Source: Phaeosaccion multiseriatum
Lineage: Eukaryota > Protista > Ochrophyta, other classes
NCBI GenBank assembly: GCA_965112735.1
Contig: OZ218953.1
Span: 1,426,001-1,490,000 of the forward strand
DNA length: 64,000 bases
Direction: 5' to 3'
In this document: piece by piece, positions 36,677-47,890 of the stretch
Layout of the letters: the number at the start of each line of letters is the position of its first letter
How positions within the stretch are numbered: the stretch's first letter is position 1
Translations under genes and position numbers: made by a program
Notes under the pieces: model-generated
Seen by the model: the letters and a program-made list of their open reading frames with translations, nothing else
Databases searched by the model: none
What the model was told of the DNA's origin: nothing

Positions 36677-36895
36677 TGTAGTTCTTCCTTGAAAAGGAGG
36701 AGAGAAAGGGGAAAAAAGAGTTTGGAGAGCTGCGATTTCTGGTGTCGAGATCTGCGACTTCTGAAGTCGATAGTTGGGGAAACGCCTCAACTCTTTTTTC
36801 TCCTCTCTCTCTCTCTCTCTCTCTCTATGGTCTAAGGTCGGTCTACTGCCTCGCTCATTGTGGAACTTGGAGAAGCGAAGGAAGACGTGGGAGTC

Positions 36896-38252
36896 ATGAA
36901 CTTTGACCCAGAACTTGAGGAGAAGTCAGAGGTGAGAGAGAGGAAGCAAGTGCTCGTGTGTTCCATTTTTTTTCAGCTCTCCCTTGCGCCGCATTCACGT
37001 CTTCCCTCTGCTCGTTCGTGCAGGAAAAGGAGAACAAGGGCGCCTATGCACCTATGCTCACAGGTGAGAAGCAGTTGGACGGCTGAAATGCGTGTGCTGC
37101 TCCTTCTCTCGGGCCATGTTCTCTACTCTTCACACCGGCGGGGGTTAAGAGGGCTCTGTGTCCTCTCGATGAGCATGCCAGCGTGGATACCAGCAGCGAC
37201 ACTGGCAACACTCCCCTCATCGCCGCTGCTCTGGGTGGGCGTTTAGCTGTCGTGGAGAAGCTGTTGTTCAAGTAGCAGGCCCAGGAACTCGGAGCTGATC
37301 GTCGCGTTTTCTCTGCTGTGTTCACCCACCGCGGCTCTCCTTTGTGCGTGCGTCCCGTCTTGCTATGGAGCAGGGAAATATGATATGGCGGTGCTGAGGG
37401 AGATCGCTCGAGTGGAGGAAGGCGTCCTAGAGGAGCTCGTGGAGCTGTACGGATGTGAAGACGAGGATGACCTCCCAATTGAGTTAGATATCCACGACTA
37501 CATCAGGTAAAGGAGGTGCCCGCGAGGATATGGGGGGGGGGGGGGGGGGTTGGGGTCAAGAAGAGTGGGAGAGGGCGTAGTCAAGCACGCAATGCCTACG
37601 TGAGAGACACTTGGGCTTACTCGGTCTACTCACAGCCGTACAACCACGGCACCCGTCCCCCTCCCCCCCATTCGCCATTCTATTTGTGCAGCATGGACGA
37701 CGCAGATGTAAGGCCTTCGCTGGAGAAGTTATTAAAGGACTGTCCAAAAGCTACCGACGAATGGATATCGAAGTTCTGTGCGAAAATTAAGGTAAGGAGA
37801 AGGCGCTTGGGCGGGGGCGAGGAATGTGTGGGTGGACTTCCATGAGGGGCGAGGAATGTGTGGGTGGACTTCCATGAGTTGATTTGGGAGTGACTGAGTG
37901 CTTCAGGAGGGGGGAGATGTGGGCAGTGAGCAAGCAAACGAGTTGAACGCGTGAGTGAGGATATGAAGGAGTTGGCTGCAATCGAACGAGTGGGGTGGAG
38001 TGTGGGAGGGGGATGCTGATCGAGAGTGGGGAGGGGGGTGGAGGGGGTGAAGGGCTGCTTGCTGAGTGAGTAGTGCGTAAGAGAGTAAGCAGTGTACTAT
38101 TAGCAAACTCCAACGAACGGACTTTGCGGGTGGTGCAACGTGCATGTATATATAATGGGTGTTACAAAGGTACATAACAAACTAACTACTTGCGTGAACT
38201 GACTGAACAAACGCTCTGTCTGTCTCTGTAGGATCTCAATCCGCGTTTGTAA
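36896..38252 (+). CDS. CPI-17/PHI-1/KEPI (PPP1R14)-like protein phosphatase 1 inhibitor, 109 aa, 5 exons; absent from the ORF track as a unit
   Basis: Exons 36896-36931, 37024-37063, 37374-37506, 37692-37791, 38232-38252 (all GT-AG, phases consistent, 330 nt) give MNFDPELEEKSEEKENKGAYAPMLTGKYDMAVLREIARVEEGVLEELVELYGCEDEDDLPIELDIHDYISMDDADVRPSLEKLLKDCPKATDEWISKFCAKIKDLNPRL. Confidence 0.75.
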
Positions 38253-38424
38253 ATGCGAAGACCCTAAAGGAGACAAAGGAGCCGTGGATGGGCAGGCACG
38301 GGTGAATCGTATTTGTGGAACAGGATTCCTCATCACGGAGACTATACATATGAGAGGCAATTGAGAGGACAAAGCGCGATGGGTGGGTGAGGCCGAGAGA
38401 GAGGTGACAGGCAGTCTACTCTAC

Positions 38425-41400
38425 TCAGCTCTTGCCCGTGGCTTGAGCAGTCTTTTCCCGGGCTGCAGCAACGGCTGCCATGCCAGTTCTCTCAGTGAAA
38501 GTGAAGCCGTCGAAGACGTTTGGGTCATGACTACCCATCTTGGAGTCCTTCGTCTCCGGAGAGAAGATGGGCATGGATGTGAACTCCCGATCGAACTGAC
38601 TTGTGTCCAGGGAACCCACGACAGCCGGCTCCCAGGGGGGGGTGGCTTCTTTCCGTCGAATGGCGTCCCAGTCGAGCCCGTTAAAGAAGGGGTGGCGTTT
38701 CACTTCCTCGGCGTCATCGGCGGAGCTTCCCAATCTCTTGGTCGGCTCGCGCGTCAGAAGACCTTTTCAGTAGTAGACAGTGGGAAGGGGGTAGGCAGGG
38801 AGGAGGTAGTGGGTGAGGGTCGGAGCACACGGAAGGCGGACAGGAGGAGCTCTTTAGAAATGAGGCAGGCGCGCATTGACGTTGCGAAACTAAACTCGTG
38901 TGTTGTAAGTAATGAACTCACTCCAGCCAATGAAAATCACTCCACCCACCGACACCCTCTCCATCTCCACAGCCAACTTCAACTCTCCTCCCACACATAC
39001 ATACACCAGCCACCACAGCCCAGCCACAAAGCACTCTCTCTCTCTCTCTCTCTCTCTGTCTGTCTGTCTCTCTCTCCCTCTCTCTCTCTCTGTCTGTCTG
39101 TCATACCTCCCAAAATGCTCTTGGCGTGCTCGCTGAGGTATCTCGGCAGGGCTAGCTGCCCTCTGCGGATCTTCTCAAAGAGCATCTCCCTGTCGCGGCT
39201 GTAGAACGGTGGTAGGCCCGTCAGCATCTCATAGAGCAAGGCTCCGAGACTCCACCAGTCCACCGAACGCCCATGCCCCTGCCGGTTGAGAATCTCCGGC
39301 GCCAGATACTCGGGAGTGCCGCAGAAGGAGTGGGCCCCGGAAGTATTGTCGCTAATGCCCTCCTTGGACAAGCCAAAGTCCGTGAGTCGAATGTGGCCCT
39401 GTCCGTCCAGCAGCACATTCTCCGGCTTGAGGTCTCTGTATACTATGTCGAGCTTGTGCACGTGCTCGAGGGCGAGGCTGATCTCCGCAGCATAGAACTT
39501 GGCCCGTTCTTCCTGGAACTTTCCCAGCTTGCCCAAGTGGAAGAAGAGCTGAGGAGGGTGGAGGAGGGTTTGGAGAGCGGGAAGGGGGGTGGGTTGAGTC
39601 GATGGAAAGAGGGACGAAGGTTGACCACTGAGTGGCCACCTGACTTGCCACGTGACTCCACCTTCCAGCCCTCCCCTCCTCCTCCTCTTGGGTGGGGTGC
39701 AAACCGGCCTAATATATCACCGCTCCCTTGCAGCCCTCCAGCCATACTCTTGGGAGACACACTTCCATAACAATGCACATACGCTGTCTGCCTCTAGGGT
39801 GGGGCCAATCGCCTTTGATAGCCAAGCCCGCAAGTGCAGCAGCAAGAAGCTTAAAAGTACACGCACCTCTCCACCGGCGCAGTAGTCCAAGACGAAGAAG
39901 AGCTTCTCGCGCGTCTGGAAGGCCATGCGCAGACCCACAATGAAAGGGTGCTTGACGTAGCCGAGGACATTTCTCTCGGTCTTGGTGTGCTCCACCTGAT
40001 TTCTCTTTATAATGTTATCCTTCCGCAACACCTGGGTACGTACACACAAGCACACAAGCAAGCGCCAAAATGCGAAAGTCACATTTTGACCGTCAGAGAG
40101 TAGCAGGCAGTACGGGGCCGAGCAGAAGCAGCAGCGTACGGGTGTGCAAGGCTCTGATCCTCCTATTACCTTCTCTCTCACCTTCATTGCGTAGATCTCT
40201 CCTCCCATCTTCTCGCGCACGAGGAACACCTTCCCGAAGCTTCCCTTGCCGATCACTCTAATGATCTTGAAACTGTCCAACCCCACCTTCTTCTCCCCGG
40301 CCAGCGCCAGTGAGTTACCAAGTCCGCTCACCGCGGGTATGTTAATGGCGGTGTTCGTCCGTACCAACCCCCCGTCCGCTCCTTCATGCCTGCATGATAT
40401 GGAGAGAAGCGGGGGGCAGGGGAATCAGGAATCAGTTGCTGGAGACGGTTGAAGGGGGGGTGAAGTCATTCTCGAGCAGCAGCGGGGCCCAGAGAAAAAC
40501 AAGGCAAAACGATGCGATGCGTGCTCTTGTCTCACCTCGGTGGTTCTCGCCAGCTAATCTGCAGCGGCACGGACGACGCAATGTCATCTTCGTTCGGCAT
40601 ATCTTGCCACCCGTTGTCGTCGATGTGCGACTGAGCCATCATGCTCTTGCCTATACTCCTGCCCCCCGAATCCATCATGATATCTGCCACGTCTCCGTAG
40701 CTCGACTCACGAGGTTCCTCGTCCTCCCCATCCCCCTCCACGTCCCCGTCCGACACTACTCCGTCCTCCTTATCCTCCAGGTGGCGGTCAAAGAGCTCAT
40801 CCATCTCCATCTCGTCCACAGGGCTGGAGCCCCCATTGATAGCCCATGTGATCTCCACCCGAGGAGGGATTACGTTAGCGTTTGCGCAGAGAAAGTTCTC
40901 GAGTACCCTGGACTCCTTCACACCGCCACAAAGCAGCACCTGCGGGGAAGAGAGAGAGAGAGAGAGAGGGAGGGAGGGAGGGAGGGCGGGGGGAATGGAT
41001 GTAAGGCACAGGGAACAGCCTCTTCCCGAACATACGTATTGATGACTGCGGGCGCAGCTCCCTTCTTCCAACACAGAGGGAGGGTGGAGATGGATGAGCA
41101 GACTCTCCCCTAACACGTGCATTGCCAAGGGTGGTGCAAACATGCAAGTCTCACCTGATGTAGCCATTGCTGGAGCAAAATCCTCGCCCTCTCCAGCTGC
41201 TCCGCATCGTCGATGAGCATTTCATCCGTGAGGCCCGGAATTTGTGGTATACCCGGAATGGCACTTCTCAGCGAGCTGTAGAGGGAATCGAAGCTGGAGT
41301 ACCTTCTGTAGGTGGTCCACGTCTCAACCGGCTGCGATACGGTGATCACAAACACTGAGCCAGAGAGAAGAGTTTTGCCGAGTTTTGCAGAACGAGATGA

Positions 41401-41745
41401 ACGTAGAGGGCGTAAAGTGAGGTTTAAGGCTTCTTGAGCGAGGGAGGGGGGGTCATGGAACCCTGAACTCTGCCACTCTTCCCACAGAAAAGGGTGCTAC
41501 TCTGTGCACCCACAAGCATCAATCATCACCCTCAAACAAAAGTGCCGAAGCTGACATTCATGTACGAAACGGCTCGTGGCGGAGCGACCTGGCCATACGC
41601 CTGGGTTAGACATGCATAGCAAGGCCACCGGCCTACCCCAACCCGGCAAGCAGCCCGCACCGACTTCAATAATGGAAGCACATTCATCTACGCCATCGAT
41701 CACGTGTCCCAAGACCAACAAGATTACCCATGTGGGCAGCACCAT
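38425..41745 (-). CDS. PX-domain AGC protein kinase (SGK3/Akt/S6K-like); first exon tentative
   Basis: PX core WTTYRRYSSFDSLY..LQQWL..LENFL; kinase GKGSFGKV, HTKTERNVL..HPFIVGL, YRDLKPEN, DFG, SFCGTPEYLAPE; AGC tail with hydrophobic motif FDGFTF. Confidence 0.92.
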
Positions 41746-42556
41746 CCAGAGAGGGCAGAACGGTACCGCTCGTGATGGAATGGATTGGACGGATTGGATG
41801 TGATTGCTTTCCCACAGTCTTTGCCTTTCTGTTAAGATCCCTCCCTACTAATCCTTTCCCCACCTCCTTGAAACACCTCCGTCTACTCCCACTCTCTTCC
41901 TCTTCTCCGGCCGCTCTTCTCCACCCAACACCACACCACCCCTTTCAGCCTAATCATCCTTAGACAACACTCCTCATCTCCTCGGGATACGCCTTAGGCT
42001 CAATCAAACATAACAACATTTCATCTCAAACCTCCTCCTCCTCTTTCCTTTTTCAATAAAAAAATGTCCCAGATTCGACGAACACACCTGCGTAGGGCGG
42101 GAAGGCAGGGTCGCGGACAATGCCGTAGCCAGCCAGCTCAGTAGAGAACATCTTGAGGGGTGGATGGCGGCGGGCAGCAGCGCCCCCACCTCCAAGGTTA
42201 AGCCTTGAGTACAAGTTGAGAAAGGGGAGCGTGCTGTGAAAAGCAGCAGACAGCAGCAATGTCCCCCCCGCGGCTGTTCTCCCGCCCCTGTCACCGCCCG
42301 TTTGCTCCTCCTTTTTGCGTGCTGGGCGCTTTCCCCTCTTCCTTCTCTGAGCACTGGACTCCTCGATAACAACACCCTCTTCTCAAAAGCAAAGCTTTCC
42401 GAGGTAGGTGGGGAATCCCCCTCGGGGTAAAAATTAATTCTAATTTCAGCTTTTCAGTTCGTCTATTTTTTCTTCTCGTGCAGGAAGCTCTGAGTTCTCA
42501 GGCATGAGAGGACTGGGGGCTGATGAATAACGGGGGGGGGCTGTTCTGGTGATAGA

Positions 42557-43713
42557 ATGGATGATAGTGGGGAAGATAGCGATAGTTATGGGTATTTTGA
42601 GGAGCGGGAAGCTTCTGGGTTGCGGTTGAAGGAAGGCACGCAGGAGGAGGAGCAGGAGGGGCCGGGTGGACTTCAACAGGATGCCTCCGAAGCAGGCCAG
42701 GAGGAAGGAGAGGAGGAGGAGGAGGAGGAGGAGAGGGGGGATAGAAGGGATAAGGTTCAGCCGTACGAATGGGAGTGGATTACCGTCGAGACGCCCACTG
42801 AGCTGCGCGGACCAGCCAGGAAGGGGAAGTGGAGCCCGGAGGAGGAGGCTTACACCAGTCGGATTATAGACGACTTCAACGCTGGGCTGCTCGGGCTCCC
42901 ACCAGGTACCACCCTGCGCTCATTTCTGAGTGTGAAGCTCAATTGGTGAGTGGTCGAAGTTAGCGCCTCCCTCAACTTGAATTGTTCAACTCAACGTAGC
43001 ACCGGCCACACGGCCTGCCGCTCCCCACAGCCTCGCTCCCAACCCCGTTAAACTCCCCCGCGCCCCTGTGAATCGAAAATCGAGCTCCATACCAGTGTTG
43101 GGCTCCCTGGCCCACACACTAACCTACGTTTAGGTCTAGGTCTTGATGCCCCGTTTTTTTGTTTTCACGCACCTACAGCGACCCCATGAGGATAACCAAA
43201 AAGTTCGCGGGGGCCTCGTGCATCGGGAAGCGAGTGTTCCAGCCTTGCGTGCCCACTACCGAGACGATAGCGGCGATGAGGCGCAGTAAGGAGCAGCTGC
43301 AGGCGATGGAGACCAAGTTTCTGCAGCGGCTCTTGGGAGGAGGGCCGAGGCAACCCCCACCAAAGTATAAAACGGACACTACAATTAGCGCGAAGCGGAG
43401 CAGTATGACCAGCATGAGTGGAGGAGGAGGGGGGGATATTGGCCGCATACCAGAGCAGTGTGCCATTTCAGATGTAGATTCGGCCGGGCTCCTCTTGGGC
43501 TTTTTCAAGTCTGTGCAGGACGAGCTCGAGGAGGAGCGACTACCAGAGGAGGAGAGGCACCTCAGCAGGAAGTCCTCCATGGCCAAATCAACCTCAACAC
43601 CAGCCCTCAGCGCCATGGCGGGGCAGGAAGCTCCCCGCCAACGACCACTAAAACGCCAAAAATCAGTGGAGTCCTTCCTGATGCGGTACACACCTCCGGC
43701 GGGGTCATCATGA
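42557..43713 (+). CDS. Stramenopile-type putative DNA-binding protein (Myb-like 'KGKW..EEE..Y / TLR / CDPMRI.KKF' domain)
   Basis: Two exons (intron about 42946-43178): RKGKWSPEEEAYTSRIIDDFNAGLL..GTTLRSFLSVKLNC|DPMRITKKFAGASCIGKRVF, a pattern I recall from diatom and oomycete hypothetical proteins. Confidence 0.75.
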
Positions 43714-44152
43714 CGGAGCTTATACATAAATAGAAACTCTCTGTGGGCACACGTAGCACACGGAGCGGAACGGAGAGGAGGAGGCAACACACATCTACAC
43801 CAACATACGATATGACATACATGACACGTGGGCAGAGCGGGGAGGAGGGGAACACATCTTTAGAATATATAGCATCAGCGGCAGCAAGTTTATGCATGCG
43901 CACATGGCATGGATAATTTGTGCGCATAACAATATACTACACATGCTTCCTCGTTCGTCTACTCATCTATCGGCATCAGTCATGCAAGTCTTCTCCCCTT
44001 CCCTAGCATGCAGGGCCTCCTTCTATTACCCAGCTATAGCTGCACAAGGGAGAGGATGGCGTGGGATGACCAGCAGCTGTCCTGTGTCCTCCAGCCTTCG
44101 TCTGCTCTCGCTCTCTATATATGTTACACTTGATCACGCCAAAGAGAGAGCA

Positions 44153-45127
44153 TCACTTGATCTTGGCTTCGGAGAACATAACGTGCCTGGGAAGGGGGGC
44201 AGACAAGCAACGCATTACAAGGCATCACAGTAGATTAGGCCAGCGTGTGAGGGAAAGCGAAAGGCAACACACTTCAGCAGTACACACACATGCAAGGAAG
44301 GCTCTCGCGCCTACGTACCGGCGAACGATGGGGTCGTACTTGCGAAGGGCCAGCTGGTCGCGGGGGGGGTGGGGGGGGGGAGAGGGGACAAGCACGGCAG
44401 ACAGGAGATGATCAGCATCCCACTCTATGACTGGGATCGTGAGAGCAAGAAGCTTGAAAAGGTGTTTGAGTGAGTGGTGGGTGAGACGGCAGCACACGGC
44501 CTCGGTGACCACCACCCTCCTTCCCTTTCATCAAGACAAGCAAGTGAATGTCAGGGCGACGTGTGGATCCCCCCAAGCGACAACAGCGTACCTTGCGGGT
44601 AACCTTTCTAGGGTTTTTCCGCGTCGTGTAGAAGAACCCCGTCCCAGCTTGGCTCAGCAGCTTTATCACCACTGTGGCCATCTTTTTCTGTGTGGCATAC
44701 ACGCACAGGGCAGAAGAAGAGCAGGACCAGGAGCGAGGCGTCAAGGCACAGTATCACAAGGCAGAAGAACGCTCTTCCTCTTGTCTTGTGGTGAGCTGCT
44801 GGACAGGGCAGGCGCAGGGCGATTAGTGAAGGCAGAGTATCACCAAAGCAAGTTCGCCTTGAGCCAGAGAGCAGGGCAGATGCAAGGAAGTTCCACCCTC
44901 TACCTCCCTTGGACAGCCCCTCAAGTCAGAGCACCACAAGGCAGAAGGAAATTTCCCTTGTAGCCCTCCTGAGAGGGAAGCTCCCTGTGGTGAACCAACC
45001 CCTGCTCCCCCAGCACCCTCCCTCCCTTCTCCAAGGGCGAGAGAAAGGTTAGAGAAGGGGCAGGACAGGAAAGACAAGGTGGAACGGCTGCACCGCACAT
45101 ATATCTCACCTTCCCCCCCCCCGCCAT
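44153..45127 (-). CDS. RPL33: Ribosomal protein bL33, probably mitochondrial
   Basis: Four exons give MAGGGK|KKMATVVIKLLSQAGTGFFYTTRKNPRKVTRK|LALRKYDPIVR|RHVMFSEAKIK. Confidence 0.92.
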
Positions 45128-45245
45128 GATGCAACTGTTGTTTGCGTGAAGGCCCGATCAGGACTCAGGTTTCCAAGCATGGATGGTTCTTTTTTTCAGG
45201 CAGGGGGGGTCGTAGCGGCAAATCCAAATCAAATCCCCGTTTAAG

Positions 45246-46475
45246 ATGGGCCGTAAGAGCGCACCTCCCCCACCGCCCGCGTCCTTGTGGGACGATGCGG
45301 CGGATGTTCTAGATGAGGCTTGGCCCTCCATCTTCATTATTGTAGCCATTGCCATGCTCTTTTGGGTCTCCTCCCAGTTTTTCTCTGGCCAAAGCAAGGT
45401 GCGGAGCTTGTCTGTCCTTCCCTGCGGCTGCAACTCGCTTACCAACCTCCCGCGTCTTGTGCACCCAGGCGATATACATGTCCGTCTTCTTCAGCGGGGC
45501 ATCTGCGTGGGCTGTGCACGCCTTGAGTGCTGATGGTGGTCTCCAACCGGCAAGTATCTACGTGGAAACAAGCCGAGGACTATGTCTGAGGCTTGCTCTG
45601 ACTCCTTCACACTGCTCTTCACCATCAGGTTTGGCGTACGTACACCGAGCTCAGTGACATGTCAAAGTATATGGTCACAGTGTTGCTCGTGACGTTCGCC
45701 TACTTCGCTTCGCGCTTCGCTGGTACGTGGGTGCCACGGTTTTGATGCGGATCCCAAATATATGCAGCCCGTCTAAGTCAGCCCATTCATTGCGTGTGCG
45801 TGCGCCTGTCAGCAATGTTTGACGGGGAAGGAAGCGCTGGTGCCAGCATGGGCGCTGACTGTATAGCGTCAAAGAAAGGCGTGGCGGTCAAGTACCCAGC
45901 CACCTTGAGTGGCGACCCGAAGAAGGCCTTCGTCCAGATTTGTGACATGCTCATAGCTGAGAACGTCGAGGAGCTCACACTCAAGGTCGGTACTTGGGGC
46001 GCAGTGCAGAGCGCGCAATGCGAGGGACAGAGAAAGAGAAAGAGGGAGAGAGAGATCAGTGTTTCACACCACTCACGCGGGTCTTGCCATGATGTATCAT
46101 ACCACAGTATGAGGCCATTCCCGAGCAAGTCGAATGGGTAAAGAAGATGCTGGAGTACAATGTGAAGGGGGGTAAGATGAACCGAGGTATGGGCGTACTC
46201 GATGTGCTGGCGGCCTTTGCTGAGAAGGAAGGCCGCGAAATGACCAAGGCAGACACCTGCAAGGGAGCGGTTCTGGGCTGGAGCATTGAGTGGCTCCAGG
46301 CGTTCTTCCTGGTGGCGGATGACGTTATGGACGAGTCCATCACAAGGCGTGGTCAGCCCTGCTGGTACAAGCAGGAGCACGTTAAGCTTGTGGCTATCAA
46401 CGACTCTTTCATCCTCGAGTCGCTTGTCTTCATGGTACGTGTGTCTGTCTGTCTGTCTGTCTGTCTCTGTCTCTA

Positions 46476-46524
<49 letters not shown>

Positions 46525-47746
46525 GTGTTCGTCTGTCGGAGCGGAACGCAGGTAGCCCCCCTCTCATCATTTGGTCGATGAGTCTGATAGGCACCCTCTC
46601 TTACCCTCCTCCATAGAACCTGAAACGCCACTTCCAGGGGGAGAGCTTTTACGGCCCAATGATGGACCTATTCCACGAGGTAACGTACCAAACCGAGATG
46701 GGTCAGCTTCTCGACCTTACGTCGCAGCCCATGCACGAAGCTCCGGACCTCACTCGGTGAGTGCTGTCACCGCAGCTTATGGAGTGGAAAATTCCATTTA
46801 ATGGCGAAGGTCTTAAGGGCAGGCTTTCATTTACTGGCTGGCTGCACGCTGCAACAGAGCAGCAGGAGGACGTTGCTTACTTTCCCCACTCTGACCCCTA
46901 TCATTCATGACTCTGTCTTTCACGTCATGCCCTCTCTCTCTCTCCCTGTTTTTCTGCCCTTCACTTCGTAGGTTCACCGAGACGCGCTACAACATGATTG
47001 TCAAGTACAAGACGGCATTCTACACCTTCTACCTGCCCTGCGCCATCGGCATGATCTACGCGGGCGTCACCAAGGTCAAGTCCTTCGACCTTGCCAGAGA
47101 GATCTGCTGCTCCATCGGTAAGTTGCTGCTGGTGCCTCTTTTGCGGTTTTGATGCGCCCACCTCCTTCTGCCGTAACTCAAACGTTTTCCACATCTGCTG
47201 CCCCTGCTCCTGCCACTTGCTTTGCTTTGCCAGGCACCCTGTTTCAGATTCAAGACGATGTGCTAGACTGCTATGGCGACCCCGAAAAGATTGGGAAGGT
47301 CGGGACGGATATCCAGGACAACAAGTGCAGCTGGCTCGTGGTGCAAGCGCTCAAGACGGCCAACCCCGCCCAGAAGCAGATGCTCATCGCCTCGTACGGA
47401 AAGGACGACCCTACTGCCATTGGAAAGGTGAGTAAGCTCTTGTGCCGGCGTGGCGGCCTGTGTTGTTGAGTACTGAACGAGCTCCCTCTCCGACGCACAC
47501 GGCCTACCTGGTGACCCAACACTCTCTGATGTGTTCCTGGTCAACCACTCCGACGCGCACACTCGCTTTTCCCTCTCTCCCTCTCAGGTGAAGGACCTGT
47601 ACAAGGACCTCGGGCTCCAAGCGAAGTTCAAGGCCCACGAGGAGGCCCAGTACGCGTCCATCAACGCTCTCATCCAGCAGGTGCAAGACGTGCCCCCCAA
47701 GGTCTTTTCCATGTTCCTCGACAAAATATACAAGAGGGAGAAGTAG
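45246..47746 (+). CDS. FDPS: Farnesyl diphosphate synthase with a predicted N-terminal extension carrying about 3 hydrophobic segments
   Basis: Exons 45246-45398, 45469-45549 (GC donor), 45629-45722, 45813-45985, 46108-46434, 46617-46756, 46972-47117, 47234-47427, 47588-47746. GGKMNRG, FARM QAFFLVADDVMDESITRRGQPCWY, KYKTAFYTFYLP and SARM FQIQDDVLD. The catalytic part is secure; joining of the first three exons is inferred. Confidence 0.9.
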
Positions 47747-47890
47747 AGAGTGGGGCCTAGCTACACTACATGCAGGTAGCCTGTTGTCTCCTATTTCTCT
47801 TCATCCTCGACATCTTAACTCCTTGTCATAGGCATTGTGAAGCTAAGATATGGACAACAGAAAAGGGGTTTATATAAATGATACAGGTCC

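Noticed and set aside
44690-45105. snoRNA in RPL33 intron 1 (cacaaggcagaag repeated three times)
   Set aside because: No clear C/D or H/ACA box pair visible; treated as local duplications
45550-45628. GC-AG intron as a novelty
   Set aside because: GC-AG with a strong GCAAGT consensus is a well-known minor U2 variant
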